This document shows, in pieces, positions 11,986-24,419 of a stretch of 64,000 bases of DNA; the stretch's first letter is position 1, and the number at the start of each line of letters is the position of its first letter. The DNA lies in assembly GCA_030324005.1 (NCBI GenBank), contig JARDVH010000137.1, positions 24,296,202 through 24,360,201 on the forward strand, given 5' to 3'. A program made the translations under genes and the position numbers. Origin of the DNA: Negaprion brevirostris. Its lineage: Eukaryota. A model generated the notes under the pieces. The model did not search any database and was not told where the DNA came from. It saw only the letters and a program-made list of their open reading frames with translations.

Positions 11986-13194
11986 GAAACAATTTCTTGA
12001 TTGCCAGTTTGAGCAAAATCCAGCACAATATTTTCCCATGTAAAGAAGTTATGGATTGGAAGAGTACAATGGAACAATTCTGTGATAGATGAGCATATAA
12101 TATAGTTGGTGTAGGAATCATTTGAGTGTGAATGAATACTGGTGATCATATCAAGATCCAAAAATTGGTACAATTAATTCTTTAGAAGATTATTTAACCA
12201 TTCAAAATCAGTCATATTGAATTTGTGTTAAAGAAGCCTTTCTTTTAAAAAAAAGGACAATACCATGATTTTTGCAAGAATAACTAGAACCATTTTGAAT
12301 TAATATTGAGGATGTGAGGTTGTGTTCCCCATTATTTGGAATGAACAACTTCTCCGGACACTTCAAATTTGCAACAGATTTGATTGCAACAGGATATTTG
12401 AAACTATGATCTTAAAGTGGCTAACACTTAACCTTCAGTTTGTTACTGGAGCTATCATTCTTTCTGCTGTTATTTTCTAACAATGCCAATGCACTTCAAG
12501 TAGCTGGTGGAGTCTTGCCAAGGCTTGACAGTCTGAATGTCACGCAAAGGTTAAATATTTTGAACATGTTTGTTACAGTTTCATTCAGCGCTTGTAGCTA
12601 TTGCTGTAGCCTGTAACTTAATCATCCTTTAAGGTCTCTTGAGAAATGTTCCATTTTCTATTTTTCAACCTTTTAAAGTGACCTTTTAACAGGTGTAAGA
12701 ATCATCACTGTGCCTGTCTGCTCACCAGACCCACTTGTCTTGTTAATTGCTTAGTAAACAAAATCTGTTCCTATTGACAGCAAAGTTTTGAAGTTTAAAG
12801 ATTCAAACATAAAATTTACATGGTGAAGATTAAAGAGAGAAAATTACTCAGAATTTTTAATGAAAGCTGAATATTCAAAACTGGTTATCTTCAAAACTGG
12901 AAAGTGATTATCTTTCTTGGCGCTATTCGTTATTGGAACTGGTTTGTTTGGAAGTATAGCATGTGACGCGTAAAGCTGGTGTCCCATTTCAAATGCTGAC
13001 TAACCGGTTTTGGATTTGTATTTCAGAATACCTACTTAAAGGTATTTTACAGTGAAGGCGGCAGATCGGTGGTGAGGTGGGAGTGAGGGGAGGAGGTGGC
13101 TCAGTTGGCTCTCTGCTGGGAAGGGGGAGGGAGGAGTGAACAATGAGGTGGGAACTGAAGCATTGGTTTCATAGAAACATGGGAATTAGGAGCA

Positions 13195-13329
13195 GAAGTA
13201 TAAGACACTGGTGAGGCTGAATTTAGAGTATTGTGTGCAGGTTTGGTCACCCAATTACAGGAAGGATATTAATAAGGTTGAAAGAGTGCAGAGAAGATTT
13301 ACAAGGATGTTGCCGGGACTTGAGAAACT
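13195..13329 (+). mobile_element. CR1 LINE ORF2 C-terminal fragment running into a gap
   Basis: LEYCVQVWSPNYRKDINKVERVQRRFTRMLPGL is a hallmark CR1 ORF2 motif. Confidence 0.9.
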
Positions 13330-14999
13330 NNNNNNNNNNNNNNNNNNNNNNNNNNNNNNNNNNNNNNNNNNNNNNNNNNNNNNNNNNNNNNNNNNNNNNN
13401 NNNNNNNNNNNNNNNNNNNNNNNNNNNNNNNNNNNNNNNNNNNNNNNNNNNNNNNNNNNNNNNNNNNNNNNNNNNNNNNNNNNNNNNNNNNNNNNNNNNN
13501 NNNNNNNNNNNNNNNNNNNNNNNNNNNNNNNNNNNNNNNNNNNNNNNNNNNNNNNNNNNNNNNNNNNNNNNNNNNNNNNNNNNNNNNNNNNNNNNNNNNN
13601 NNNNNNNNNNNNNNNNNNNNNNNNNNNNNNNNNNNNNNNNNNNNNNNNNNNNNNNNNNNNNNNNNNNNNNNNNNNNNNNNNNNNNNNNNNNNNNNNNNNN
13701 NNNNNNNNNNNNNNNNNNNNNNNNNNNNNNNNNNNNNNNNNNNNNNNNNNNNNNNNNNNNNNNNNNNNNNNNNNNNNNNNNNNNNNNNNNNNNNNNNNNN
13801 NNNNNNNNNNNNNNNNNNNNNNNNNNCTTTCTCATCTAGTTACAAATTAACTTTGACAGCATCTCAAATCCTATTACACATCTATATTAAGGAGTAAGGG
13901 ACAAGTAGAAATGCCAAGCAAACAACTGGAGCTACACCTCCACTGGGATAACCTAGTATTTTCAAACACACCCCTAATCACATGGTTTTTATTTTGGTTG
14001 AGCTATAAGATTTAGAAATCTGTCAGTGAGATTAAATTATTCTTTGGATGCAAACAGTTTTTGTTCAATTATCCTAACAACCACTCCCTAACATTAATTT
14101 TGTTGCAGCTGAAACTATTATTTTAAATGTATTATTGAATACCTGTTGTAGACAATGTCAGTGTATTGTGCAATCAGTATATCTTGACTCTACAACTGAA
14201 ACTCTTGAGTTAATGAACTCGTACAGCACTGCACCTGTTGATTCAAGATGTCAGGAAGTTTTAATGTTCCTTAAACATTAACCTACACATTTTGTTGATT
14301 GAGCAAGGACAGATAGATCAGGTTTTCTAACTACTGTTGCTGAAACCACAGTAGTGGAGGAAGGCTGTTAATATCCAGCATTAGAATAATTAGCATGATA
14401 AATAAGTTGCTATCAATCTCCGCTAAAACAATTGATTTAATAACCACATGGTTTTTAGTGTCCCATGGTATTGTAGTTAATCTTAACCAAACAATGTTCC
14501 TGGGCCTTAAACATTACTTTTTGCTAATTAAAAACATGTCGTATTAACTGGTACTATAAATTATTATTGCGAAGATCCATAATAAACCTAGTAAATAAAG
14601 CTTTATTTATTGGTACTGAAGAACTGACTTCCTCACTGCGTCAGAAAGTTACCTTCTGTTCCGATCAAACATACGAAGGGTAATATGTGTAAAAACAGAG
14701 AGATATGGTTTTATTCCCATTTGTCAGTTCCATGTGAGTTTCTGGTCTTAGCTGTGTTGCCATGAATGATGCTACAGGGAAACTTACTAGAAAAATGATC
14801 CCACTTTTATCATATTCTGGCTTATAAGTGAGGGAGATGGAACCCCTGGCAACAATAATCCCATCCACTATCTTGGTCAATCATGGGATGCAGAATTTAA
14901 CAATAGATTCTGAAAAACCATGATCCATATTTCTTTTCAGAAATGTAGGCATTGTGGATTCAGGAAGTTGTCATAGCTGCTTTTTGAATAGTAGTACCT

Positions 15000-15308
15000 G
15001 GAATTCCTACAGTGCCGAAGGAGGCCATTTGGCCTATTGAGCCAGCACCTACAACAATCCCACCCAGGTCCTATTTTCCCCCCCTCCCATCCCCGTAATC
15101 CCAAGTATTTTTCTTGCTTGTCACCCTGCCACTACAGGGCAATTTAACATGGCCAATCAACCTAACCTGCACATCTTTGCAGTGTGGAAGGAAGCCAGAC
15201 TAGCAGGAGGATACCCACACAGTCATGGGAATTTGACAGTGACCCAAGACTGGAATTGAACCCAGATCCCTGGCGCTGAGAGAGCAGTGCTAACCATAGG
15301 CCACCATG
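15000..15308 (-). mobile_element. HE1-like tRNA SINE, family A
   Basis: cctacagtgccgaaggaggccatttggcc...gaattgaaccc...gcagtgctaacca. Confidence 0.85.
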
Positions 15309-16054
15309 TTTCCTAATGACATTTCTGCTGTCAGATGCAACCTGAACATCAGTAGTGTGCAGGCACCTGCTGTTCATTAACCTATGGGTTTGGTTGAACC
15401 CTGTGATGGTGAGACTTCCTCCTGCTTAACTTTAAAAGTCTTTTACAAGATACTGTCATCTCCCTCTCAAGAAAGCTTGTGAGCAGACCAGTTCTCAGGG
15501 CTTTTACATCTCAACCATTTAAATGGATACATGCTTTAGGTGGAACCTGAAGTTTGTTGTAGGTGCAAGCTTCATTTAGTTTTTTTTCTTCATAGAGGGC
15601 CACACCATTTTACTGTGGGATTCATTGGTCTTTTTGTTTCAGATTGGCTGTGACAGAATATGGTGGACTGCTAACTGGGTATGTAATTTGTGGCCTGACC
15701 TTTGAGCCTGTGTCTCCCAGCACTCCTCACCACTCCCATCCCCTCACCCTAGCTGTTAACATTGCTATGCAACATCAGCCCAATTTGGGAAGTGCTGCAC
15801 ATGAATTTCTATCCACTGGGGACAGAAAGCCATGGAGACTGTGGGTAGATTTTCCAATCCCACCTGCCAGGGAAATTGTCATGGGCTGGAAAGGAAAATT
15901 TGGTGGACCATTTACAAAAGCATTGACCTCAGGCAGGAATTTGCAGTTTTGGGGCAGGCACAACTGGAAACACCCGCCCCCCGCCCCCCCATCCGCGTGT
16001 CTGTGATTTCCAGGTGAATGGCACTGGTTGGCAAGGCTGCATGCCAGGAGAACG

Positions 16055-16295
16055 CATAGGGTTTGTGGTGGGAGATATAGGAGGGATGTCCGAGGTAGAT
16101 TCTTTACTCAGAGAGTGGTTGGGGTGTGGAATAGACTGCCTGCTGAGATAGTGGAGTCGAACATTTTAGGAACCTTCATGTGGTTATTGGATAGGGACAT
16201 GGAGCACTCCAGAATTATAGATCTTGGGATTGGACATAGCTCGGCACAACATTGAGGGCGAAGGGCCTGTACTGTGCTGTAATGTTCTATGTTTC
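16055..16295 (+). mobile_element. CR1 LINE 3' end
   Basis: GGRYRRDVRGRFFTQRVVGVWNRLP motif; tail gggcctgtactgtgctgtaatgttctatg. Confidence 0.85.
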
Positions 16296-17994
16296 TCTGT
16301 AACATATGGAAAATCATCAAGTGTGTAACCATTTGTAAAATTTGTGATTTATTTTTCCATTTTTGTTAAGTAAAAAGCAGAGGTACCTGCTGGACCTACA
16401 TAAATCATCTGGATGCATCTTATTTTGGCATTCCATGATGTTTTGTATTCCAAAGTATCAGCAAGGCTTAAGCATCACAGAAACACCAATCCCATTACTA
16501 AAAATTGTACCAAGGAAGTTAACAACAGCATTGAATTTAGTCATAACTTAAAACCTCATACAGTTTACCTTCTGCATCACATAAACACACACAGATACAG
16601 ACATACACACACACAGTTGGCTTACATTAAGATTTAAATTGATAAAAGGTTGACAGTGGAAAGATCCATTGAACAAATTTACCTATAAATACATTGTGAC
16701 CATACACTCGTGCCTTTAAAAACATGCTTCTAGAAAGGAAAAGAAGTGTTCAGTATCTGACAGCTTGGCAGCATGAGCTACCTGTCACTCATGGGTCACA
16801 CTATATCTCCTTAGATTCTGCTAAGAATTTCACACTTGGAATACCCTATACCAGTAGGAGATGTCATGCTTTTTAAAGAATCATGTATTTTCAGGATGGA
16901 ATCTAGGACAACACTGTAGATTGTGCTGGACCCAAGTTCAAAACTGCATACAGTGAAGCTGGAGTTCAGAGTGGTGACAGGGATGACTTTACAATTATGT
17001 ATTACTTTTCATGCTGGCTTGCTTTTTCAAACTGCAACCCTGCAAAAGCTATATCATCATTTGGAAGTTTTAGTTCTCATCCAGTTTTCAATATTTTTCT
17101 TCTTTAGGACCTCCCTTTTTGCTCTTCAATGTAATCCTCATGATCTTGGAAATAGGTGGAATAATTGGGCAGTTTACAATGTGGAGGGCTGAGTGTAGTT
17201 GTATATTGGACAAAACATTTGAATTTTATAAGCAGTGTCAAATTTATTGGGGACTCATTCATGGCTGGTAAACAGAGCTCTGCTCATTTATATATGTTTG
17301 AATGTTTTCTCTCTTCAGAAAGTGCACAATATAACTTGGTCCACTTTTAAAAATAAGGCCAATACATCACTATTTGGTACTTATAGCCTAGTTCATTGTG
17401 TGCAAATAATGCTGTAGCAGATTCAGTATTGTTTCTAACTGTGCAGTAAAATGATTACTGGAGCACCTTTCTCCGAAGGAAGTCATGCCAATGAATTAAA
17501 TGCTGAAGAGTAATTACTGTTGTAATGTAAGTAAACTTCATTTACACAGCCTGGTTCAGCATGGAATTTACCTATCCAGGAGAATACGCTTACATGCATG
17601 TACTGCGCTTTCTTCCTCACTGTTGAATCTTAGGACCTGGGTGCATCCTTGAAATTGCACATGAAATTGGAACTGCAAAGAACTGAAAAATACATTTTAG
17701 CAAAGCCATTCCTGTCACCATCCTGAATTCCAGTTTTACACAATCCTGTTTTTAACTCTGGTTTGCAGTGTTTTATTCTGTACCCATTCTGCCAATATCA
17801 AGTTTACCCGAGTATCCTTCCGAAACAATTAGAATACGCCCAAATTTAAAATGGACATAAATCATTATAAATGTTTAGTCCAAGGAAGTGGCAAAGCCAC
17901 ACCGGTTCAAGAACCTGTATTTAGGGAAGCTCTTCAGTTATTAATACAACTTATCTTTTAACATTAAAAAGTATACTAAAAGCAACAGAAAATA

Positions 17995-19130
17995 CAGAGT
18001 AGAGCACAGCAAGAAATCGTTCAGCCCATTGTCTGCTTAGGCTTTAAGGACCTGTCCATTCTAATCCCATTTTCCAGCACTTGGTCTGTAGCCTTCTTTA
18101 CTATGGCTTTTCAAGTGTTCATTTAAATGTTGAGGGTTCCTGCCTCAACCACCTTTTTCAGGCAGTGATCTCCAGATTCCCACCACCCTCTGGGTGAAAA
18201 TGTTTTTCCTCAAATGCCCTCTGAACCTCTGCCCGTGATCATCAGTCTATACCCCTGATTATTGAAAGCTTCTTTTTATTTATGTCACTCATGATTTTGT
18301 ACACTTCAGTCAGGTGTTGCTAACTCCCTCCACACCCACCCAGGGAAAATACTAAAACAATCCCAATCATAGCTGAAGCTTTCCATAAATCCATAAGAAA
18401 TAGGAACAGGAGTAGGCCTTTGAGCCTGCTCCACCAATTAATAAGATTATGGCCAATCTNNNNNNNNNNNNNNNNNNNNNNNNNNNNNNNNNNNNNNNNN
18501 NNNNNNNNNNNNNNNNNNNNNNNNNNNNNNNNNNNNNNNNNNNNNNNNNNNNNNNNNNNNNNNNNNNNNNNNNNNNNNNNNNNNNNNNNNNNNNNNNNNN
18601 NNNNNNNNNNNNNNNNNNNNNNNNNNNNNNNNNNNNNNNNNNNNNNNNNNNNNNNNNNNNNNNNNNNNNNNNNNNNNNNNNNNNNNNNNNNNNNNNNNNN
18701 NNNNNNNNNNNNNNNNNNNNNNNNNNNNNNNNNNNNNNNNNNNNNNNNNNNNNNNNNNNNNNNNNNNNNNNNNNNNNNNNNNNNNNNNNNNNNNNNNNNN
18801 NNNNNNNNNNNNNNNNNNNNNNNNNNNNNNNNNNNNNNNNNNNNNNNNNNNNNNNNNNNNNNNNNNNNNNNNNNNNNNNNNNNNNNNNNNNNNNNNNNNN
18901 NNNNNNNNNNNNNNNNNNNNNNNNNNNNNNNNTGCCTCAGAAGGCTGTGGCAGCCAGGTCATTGAGTATCTTTAAGATAGAGATAGATAGGTTCTTGACT
19001 AATAAGAGATCAGGGGTTATAGGGAAAAGACAGGAGAATGGGAATGAGAAAAATATCAGCCATGATTGAATAGCTGAGCAGACTTGATTGGCCAAGTGGC
19101 CTAATTCTGCTCTTATGTCTTATGGTTTTA
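17995..19130. mobile_element. Cluster of CR1 LINE 3'-end fragments around a gap (both orientations)
   Basis: Minus-strand tails at about 18000 and 18390; plus-strand end PQKAVAARSLSIFKIEIDRFL with tail cttatgtcttatgg at 18932-19130. Confidence 0.7.
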
Positions 19131-19629
19131 TGGAAAGATACACTTGAGAGTTTGGGGTGTTGCCAGCTTTGTAGGCAGAGCTTCAGTTGGACAGGCGGTT
19201 TGAAGGACAGGTGCAAAAGATTGAGGAGATTATGTGCATAAATTGCTTCCAGTCTAAATCCTGCAATCTTTCAAGCCAGGTAATTGGTTTGTGCCCAGGT
19301 TAAGTGTGTCTCTTTCACAGATATGAAAACAAACTCTGGAACGAAATATTGCAATAGCCTCAGTGTGGCAACAAATAACGAATAATTGAGTAACTCTAGT
19401 TAAATTTAAAAGACATGGTAAGATATGAATTTGCACTTAAATCAGATTTTACTCCACTGGAGTTTATACTGTAATTTAAATGCTCTACAATGACGCTAAA
19501 GTTGCACAATAGCACCTGCTCTTTTATTTCAGGAAGTACATGTAATTGATATTTGTTACCTAAGTTCTATTTTATAAGTAGGGATGAAATAAAAGACTTA
19601 AATGTGTTCAAAAAATACGTTGCTGAGCA

Positions 19630-20065
19630 AAAAACATAGAAAATAGGTGCAGGAGTAGGCCATTTGGCTCTTCAAACTTGCACCACCTTTCAATATGATC
19701 ATGGCTGATCATGCACTTTCAGTATCTCACTCCTGCTTTCTCTCGATACCCCTTGACCCCCTTAGCTGCAAGGGTCATGTCCTGCTCCTTTTTTAACATA
19801 TCTAATGAACTGGCCCCAACAACTTCCTGTGGTAGAGAATGCCGTAGGTTCACAACTCTGAGTGAAGAAATTCTTCCTCAACTGAGTCCTGAATGGCTTA
19901 CCCCTTATTCTTAGACTGTGACTCCCAAGTTCTGGACTTCCCCAACATCAAGAAGATTCTTCCTGCATCTAGCCTGTCCAGTCCCATCAGGATTTCACAT
20001 GTTTTTATGAGACCCCCTCTCATTCTTCTAAGTTCCAGTGAGTACAAGCCCAGTCGATCCAGTCT
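19630..20065 (-). mobile_element. CR1 LINE 3' end
   Basis: aaacatagaaaataggtgcaggagtaggccatt tail followed by ORF2 C-terminal sequence. Confidence 0.85.
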
Positions 20066-20837
20066 CCAAAAGTTGAGTTCCCTGCTATTAATGTAAACTA
20101 GAATTGCTTGCTAAGTTTTATGTGTCCCTGTAAGTGGTATTGGATCATACCATATTTGTGAAGAAGCTGGCAAATCAATTTGATAGAGCAGTTTTGTCAT
20201 GGTTGTGATCATCTGTTTATTTTTTAGTTTAGTTGGTGATAGTTCAAATTTACCAAACATAACTGAAAATTTCCATGTTGCAAAACACCCAAAAGGCCAG
20301 TGTGAAATTTCTGCCAGTTGATACACTAAACGCCATCCTGAGTCCAACACTTCAACCACCCTAACATGCATGGTACAACAGTGCCATTTGCCCCAACTTC
20401 AGGGCTATTTAATTCAGTATAGCCTACCATTCATTAGTTACGCATAGTATTGTTAGGGTTATAGTGTAACCCGACATTGGTGCTTCATTTATAAAACCAT
20501 ATCTAAAGACTATTACAACTATTCCATGAAGTGTAGATAACTAATACATAAATTTAGTACTGTTCACAAAGCAGTGTGGAGTGTCTGTCAGAAATCTCCC
20601 TTGATAGACAAGAGGGGGCAGTTTTTAGCAAGTTATCAGTGACTAAGAATAGGAACCAGTTGCATCCCAATATAGATCTGACCCCTTGCTATTGTAGATA
20701 AGAATACATCTCTAACAACTCAAAGCACATGCCAGTACATTTGAGTTAAATCACTCCTCAAAACACATCTCAGTACCAGAAAAATTAGTATACCGTATAA
20801 ATAGGTGCAGCAATTTCCATGAGACAAGGGGTTATTT

Positions 20838-21150
20838 TCATAGAATAGAATCATTACAATGCAGAAAAATGCCATTCAGTCCATCGAGTCTGCACTAACC
20901 ACAATCCCACCCAGGCTTTATCCCCATAACCCCATGCATTTAGCCTAGCTAGTCCCCCTGACACTAAGGGGCAATTTAGCATGTCCAATCTATCTAATCT
21001 GCACATCTTTGGACTGCGGGACGAAACCAGAGCACTCGGAAAAAATCAGACATGGGGAGAATGTGCAAATGGCACACAGCCAATAATGCAAGCCAGAATC
21101 GAACCTGGGTCCCTGGCGCTGAGGCAGCAGTGCTAACCACTCTGTCACCC
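20838..21150 (-). mobile_element. HE1-like tRNA SINE, family A
   Basis: catagaatagaatc tail; gaatcgaacctgggtccctggcgctgaggcagcagtgctaaccac head. Confidence 0.88.
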
Positions 21151-21534
21151 CTAGGCTGGTTTCATGTACTGGTGCATTCAAGTTCCCTCCTAGCTGGAGA
21201 ATTATATTCCAGCCGTGTTTATATTCAGAAAAACTGTATGTTCCTCATCACTACTGAATCACAATGCCCCCTCATGCCAGGGTGAGGTGCAGTAAACTGC
21301 CCAACCTTCATACACCCCAAAAACGCACTCCCCTGAGAGGGGGATGATTCATCTGTGTTTGATTTGCGATTAGCGTACAGTGGCAAGTCATTCCGTTCCT
21401 TAAATGAGGATAGAAAACTGACAGCACTTAACCTAATTACTTGCTTGATTATCAGTATCTTTGACTTTTACTAGGAGATAAGTTGCACTTGTGAGAAATG
21501 ATCATAACCTTTATTACTCTCAGCATAGATTAAA

Positions 21535-21823
21535 AAAAGCAGGGAGGTTATGTTGGAACTATACAAAACTTTGGTTAGGTCAGGACTGAAATACTGTGTC
21601 ACCTCATTATAGAAAGAATGTGATTGCACTGGAGAGGGTGTAGAGGAGATTCACCAGGATGTTGCCTGGGATGGAGCATTTGAGCAATGAAGAGAGGCTG
21701 GATAGGCTTGGGCAGTTTTGTTTTTGAGGTTTAGAAGATTATGAAGGGTATATACAGGGTGTATAGGAAGCAGTTGTTCCACTTGATTGAAGGGTCAATA
21801 ACTAGGTGGCATAATTTTAAGGT
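21535..21823 (+). mobile_element. CR1 LINE ORF2 fragment
   Basis: gaactatacaaaactttggttagg...ctggagagggtgtagaggagattcaccaggatgttgcctggg, a decayed LERVQRRFTRMLPG. Confidence 0.8.
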
Positions 21824-23652
21824 NNNNNNNNNNAGACTCCACTGCCTGGGAGCGTAGTATGTACTGTACTGTATGATTATCTCTGTGACATGAGTGCACA
21901 TTTCCTTTTACTCGTTCTCAGTTAGAGAAACTATGTAGGAAGATAGAAGTTGCACTAAGAGAAATGATGGATTTATTGACATTGGAAGCTACTATATACA
22001 TATTATTTTCTTGTATTAAAAATTTTTGTACCTATAGCCAGTTTTATTACATCTTACTCGTACATAAAGCATGGATTCATTCATTATTTTAACTTTACTG
22101 AATAGTTTTCTCACAAATTAAACTTGACATTTTAAAATAAAAGCTTGTTTTCGAAGTTGGCAGCCACAACTGACAAGAGTCTAGCCTCAACAATTCACCA
22201 TGAGTGATACTTTTCGAATTACAGACATAAAAATGATCATATGTGAACTGAGATGCGCATTTACTGATGCTTGTGCATGAGCTTTCTTTTTATCTGAAGC
22301 AAATTATATATGGCCCCTCTTGCTGAATCCAAACCTCTTACAATTCAGAAAAGGTGAAATTTTTGGAAAATAGTTTTTTTTATGTTCATGTTGGAGAAGG
22401 TGGTTGATTTCCAGTGACAAAATCTGAAAAATACCCAAAATTAGTATAGAACCTGAAGTTGATTTATGCTTGAAAATTGCCCTATGAAGCAATACTTTCC
22501 AAAGTCCTACCGCAGACCCAGTTACAAATGTAATGACTCGAGCAGTAATGCAAAAGAGGGTTACTTGCTTTATATTCTTAACAAATGATGAGATGTAAAT
22601 GTCTCCACCTGGGATGCATCTCCCCTCATAGCTTTAAGCTTTTCCAACTGACTTTTGACATACAACAAGTGCAAATTTCTGAAAGGGTTTGGGAGAATTA
22701 AGTAACAATAAAGATTTTTTACACTGGCTGGTGAATTGGCAATAAGGGGATAAATACATGACTTGTTACTGAAGCATGTGAATTAGAAAACATAGTTTCA
22801 TGAAGTGATTACATTAATGTATGAAATACGGCAGATGAGTGATAATCAAAGTTCAGTTAATCACAATATTGAGAGAGGGAATAAAGGCAATAGGGTATTT
22901 GAGCCAACATGCATTCTTTTTTTTACTTTCATCATTTTAAATTCACATTTATAATAGAAAGAACCTCTATCAAGGTTGTAAAATGTGATATTTACATGGA
23001 CAGTTTCCATTATAAATGTATTCAGTGACTTATAATGGAAACATTTGATAGGCAGTGTGTGCAGATGTGTGATATATGTTTGATGTAAATATAGACAAAA
23101 TTAGTAATATGAGGAAGGGGGAAATTTCCTGTCATAACTGATGAGGTTTTTGTCCCTCACGCTTTGGGATTAAGTGCCCATGCCAATGAGAAAATAGGAG
23201 TGTTTCCTGCTGGTGATAGCAGCGTCTGTCAGGTGGGATTCACAGTGAAAAAGGCCATTAAGCTCATTTTGAGCAACCTGCTAGCCAGACCTGCTATTCA
23301 AAAAGGAAGTAGATATAGCTTTTAGAGATCAAGGGATATGGGGGTATCTCCTCCATTCTGGTCAGCCAATTTCTCCAGAAAGTCGTGAAAACCTCTACCA
23401 AAGTTAGTTCTAGAGTTGCACATGAGGATATTGCAATAAATGTCATCGATGCATCAGTATCAGTCTTTCCAGAATACCTGCACAACAGGAATAATTCCCA
23501 GCTTTGAACTGTGATCATTTATCTGGTATTGTGGAATTTTGACGGTTTTTTTAAAAAAAAGAAATCTTAGCTTGTGTGATAATTTTAAATGTGTTAATAT
23601 CCCTGCTAACTATGCCAAATTTAATTCTGCTTTTCAGGTCATAAGCTGAACC

Positions 23653-23875
23653 ATGGGAGTTGTAGTTACCGACGATGCACCACCAGGCGTAAAGGCCCCT
23701 GATGGAGGCTGGGCTTGGGCCATCCTAATTGGATGTTTTGTTATCACTGGATTCTCATATGCTTTTCCAAAAGCTGTGAGTGTCTTCTTCAAGGAATTGA
23801 TTAAAGAGTTTCACGTTGGGTACAGTGATACTGCTTGGATTTCTTCTATTCTGCTTGCCATGTTATACGGAACAG
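23653..23875 (+). CDS. SLC16A3: Monocarboxylate transporter 4 (MCT4), coding exon 1; spliced exon begins at 23638 with 15 nt of 5' UTR
   Basis: Translates [50 protein letters not shown]..., the SLC16 signature ([14 protein letters not shown]). Kozak gaaccATGG; acceptor ttctgcttttcag|23638; donor ACAG|gtaagc at 23876; 223 coding nt, phase 1. Confidence 0.96.
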
Positions 23876-24419
23876 GTAAGCATTTAGTGAATCGATAACG
23901 CTTGGCTAGTTTTTTTGTTTCCAGACTTCATTTTTGCATTACAAATTAATTTATATTTCTATTTGATTACTTTTGTCAATGTGCACAGACAGGCAGCTGG
24001 TCAGTTACTAGGTTCCACAATGCGCTTTTTTTTTTTGAAGAGCAGCATCCACAATGCTATCATGCTTTCCAATGGAGACACACCAGCGTCGGGATTTATG
24101 TAATCAGGTTTCTTTGCAGTGAAGCAAACATTCCATTTATAGCTCTAACATTTGATTTTACAGAATTTACTGATTTGTAACCAATGTCAAAATCCATTAA
24201 TTTATGTACTGTACAGTTGAACAGAATTATGTAATTTGCCCTGATGACACTAGTTCTGTTATTTGGGATTGGACCCACAGCATCCTTTTGCCCCTTTACT
24301 GCTGTGGCTGCTTATCATGTTGAGCCTTATAAAGTGTTTTGATAAGTAGGGGCTGATGAAAAATGACCTGGAACAAAAGCCATGGCCACCCTTGACTCAA
24401 GGCCCTGGCAGCCTTTGTA

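Noticed and set aside
13211-13897. Long ORFs spanning N runs (also 18420-19069, 28232-28870, 34771-35454, 59372-60001)
   Set aside because: Their length comes from untranslatable Ns; the real residues are LINE/SINE fragments.
23117-23129. NF-kB-like GGGAAATTTCC about 500 bp upstream of the ATG exon
   Set aside because: A single short motif that resembles the termini of MITE-like remnants elsewhere in the window; no independent support.
23138-23165. Other CTGATGA/CTGAAGA heptamers (for example near 11179, 23139, 24241, 24354, 54076)
   Set aside because: They lack a following stem II plus GAAA and a pairing stem I, so they are not hammerheads.
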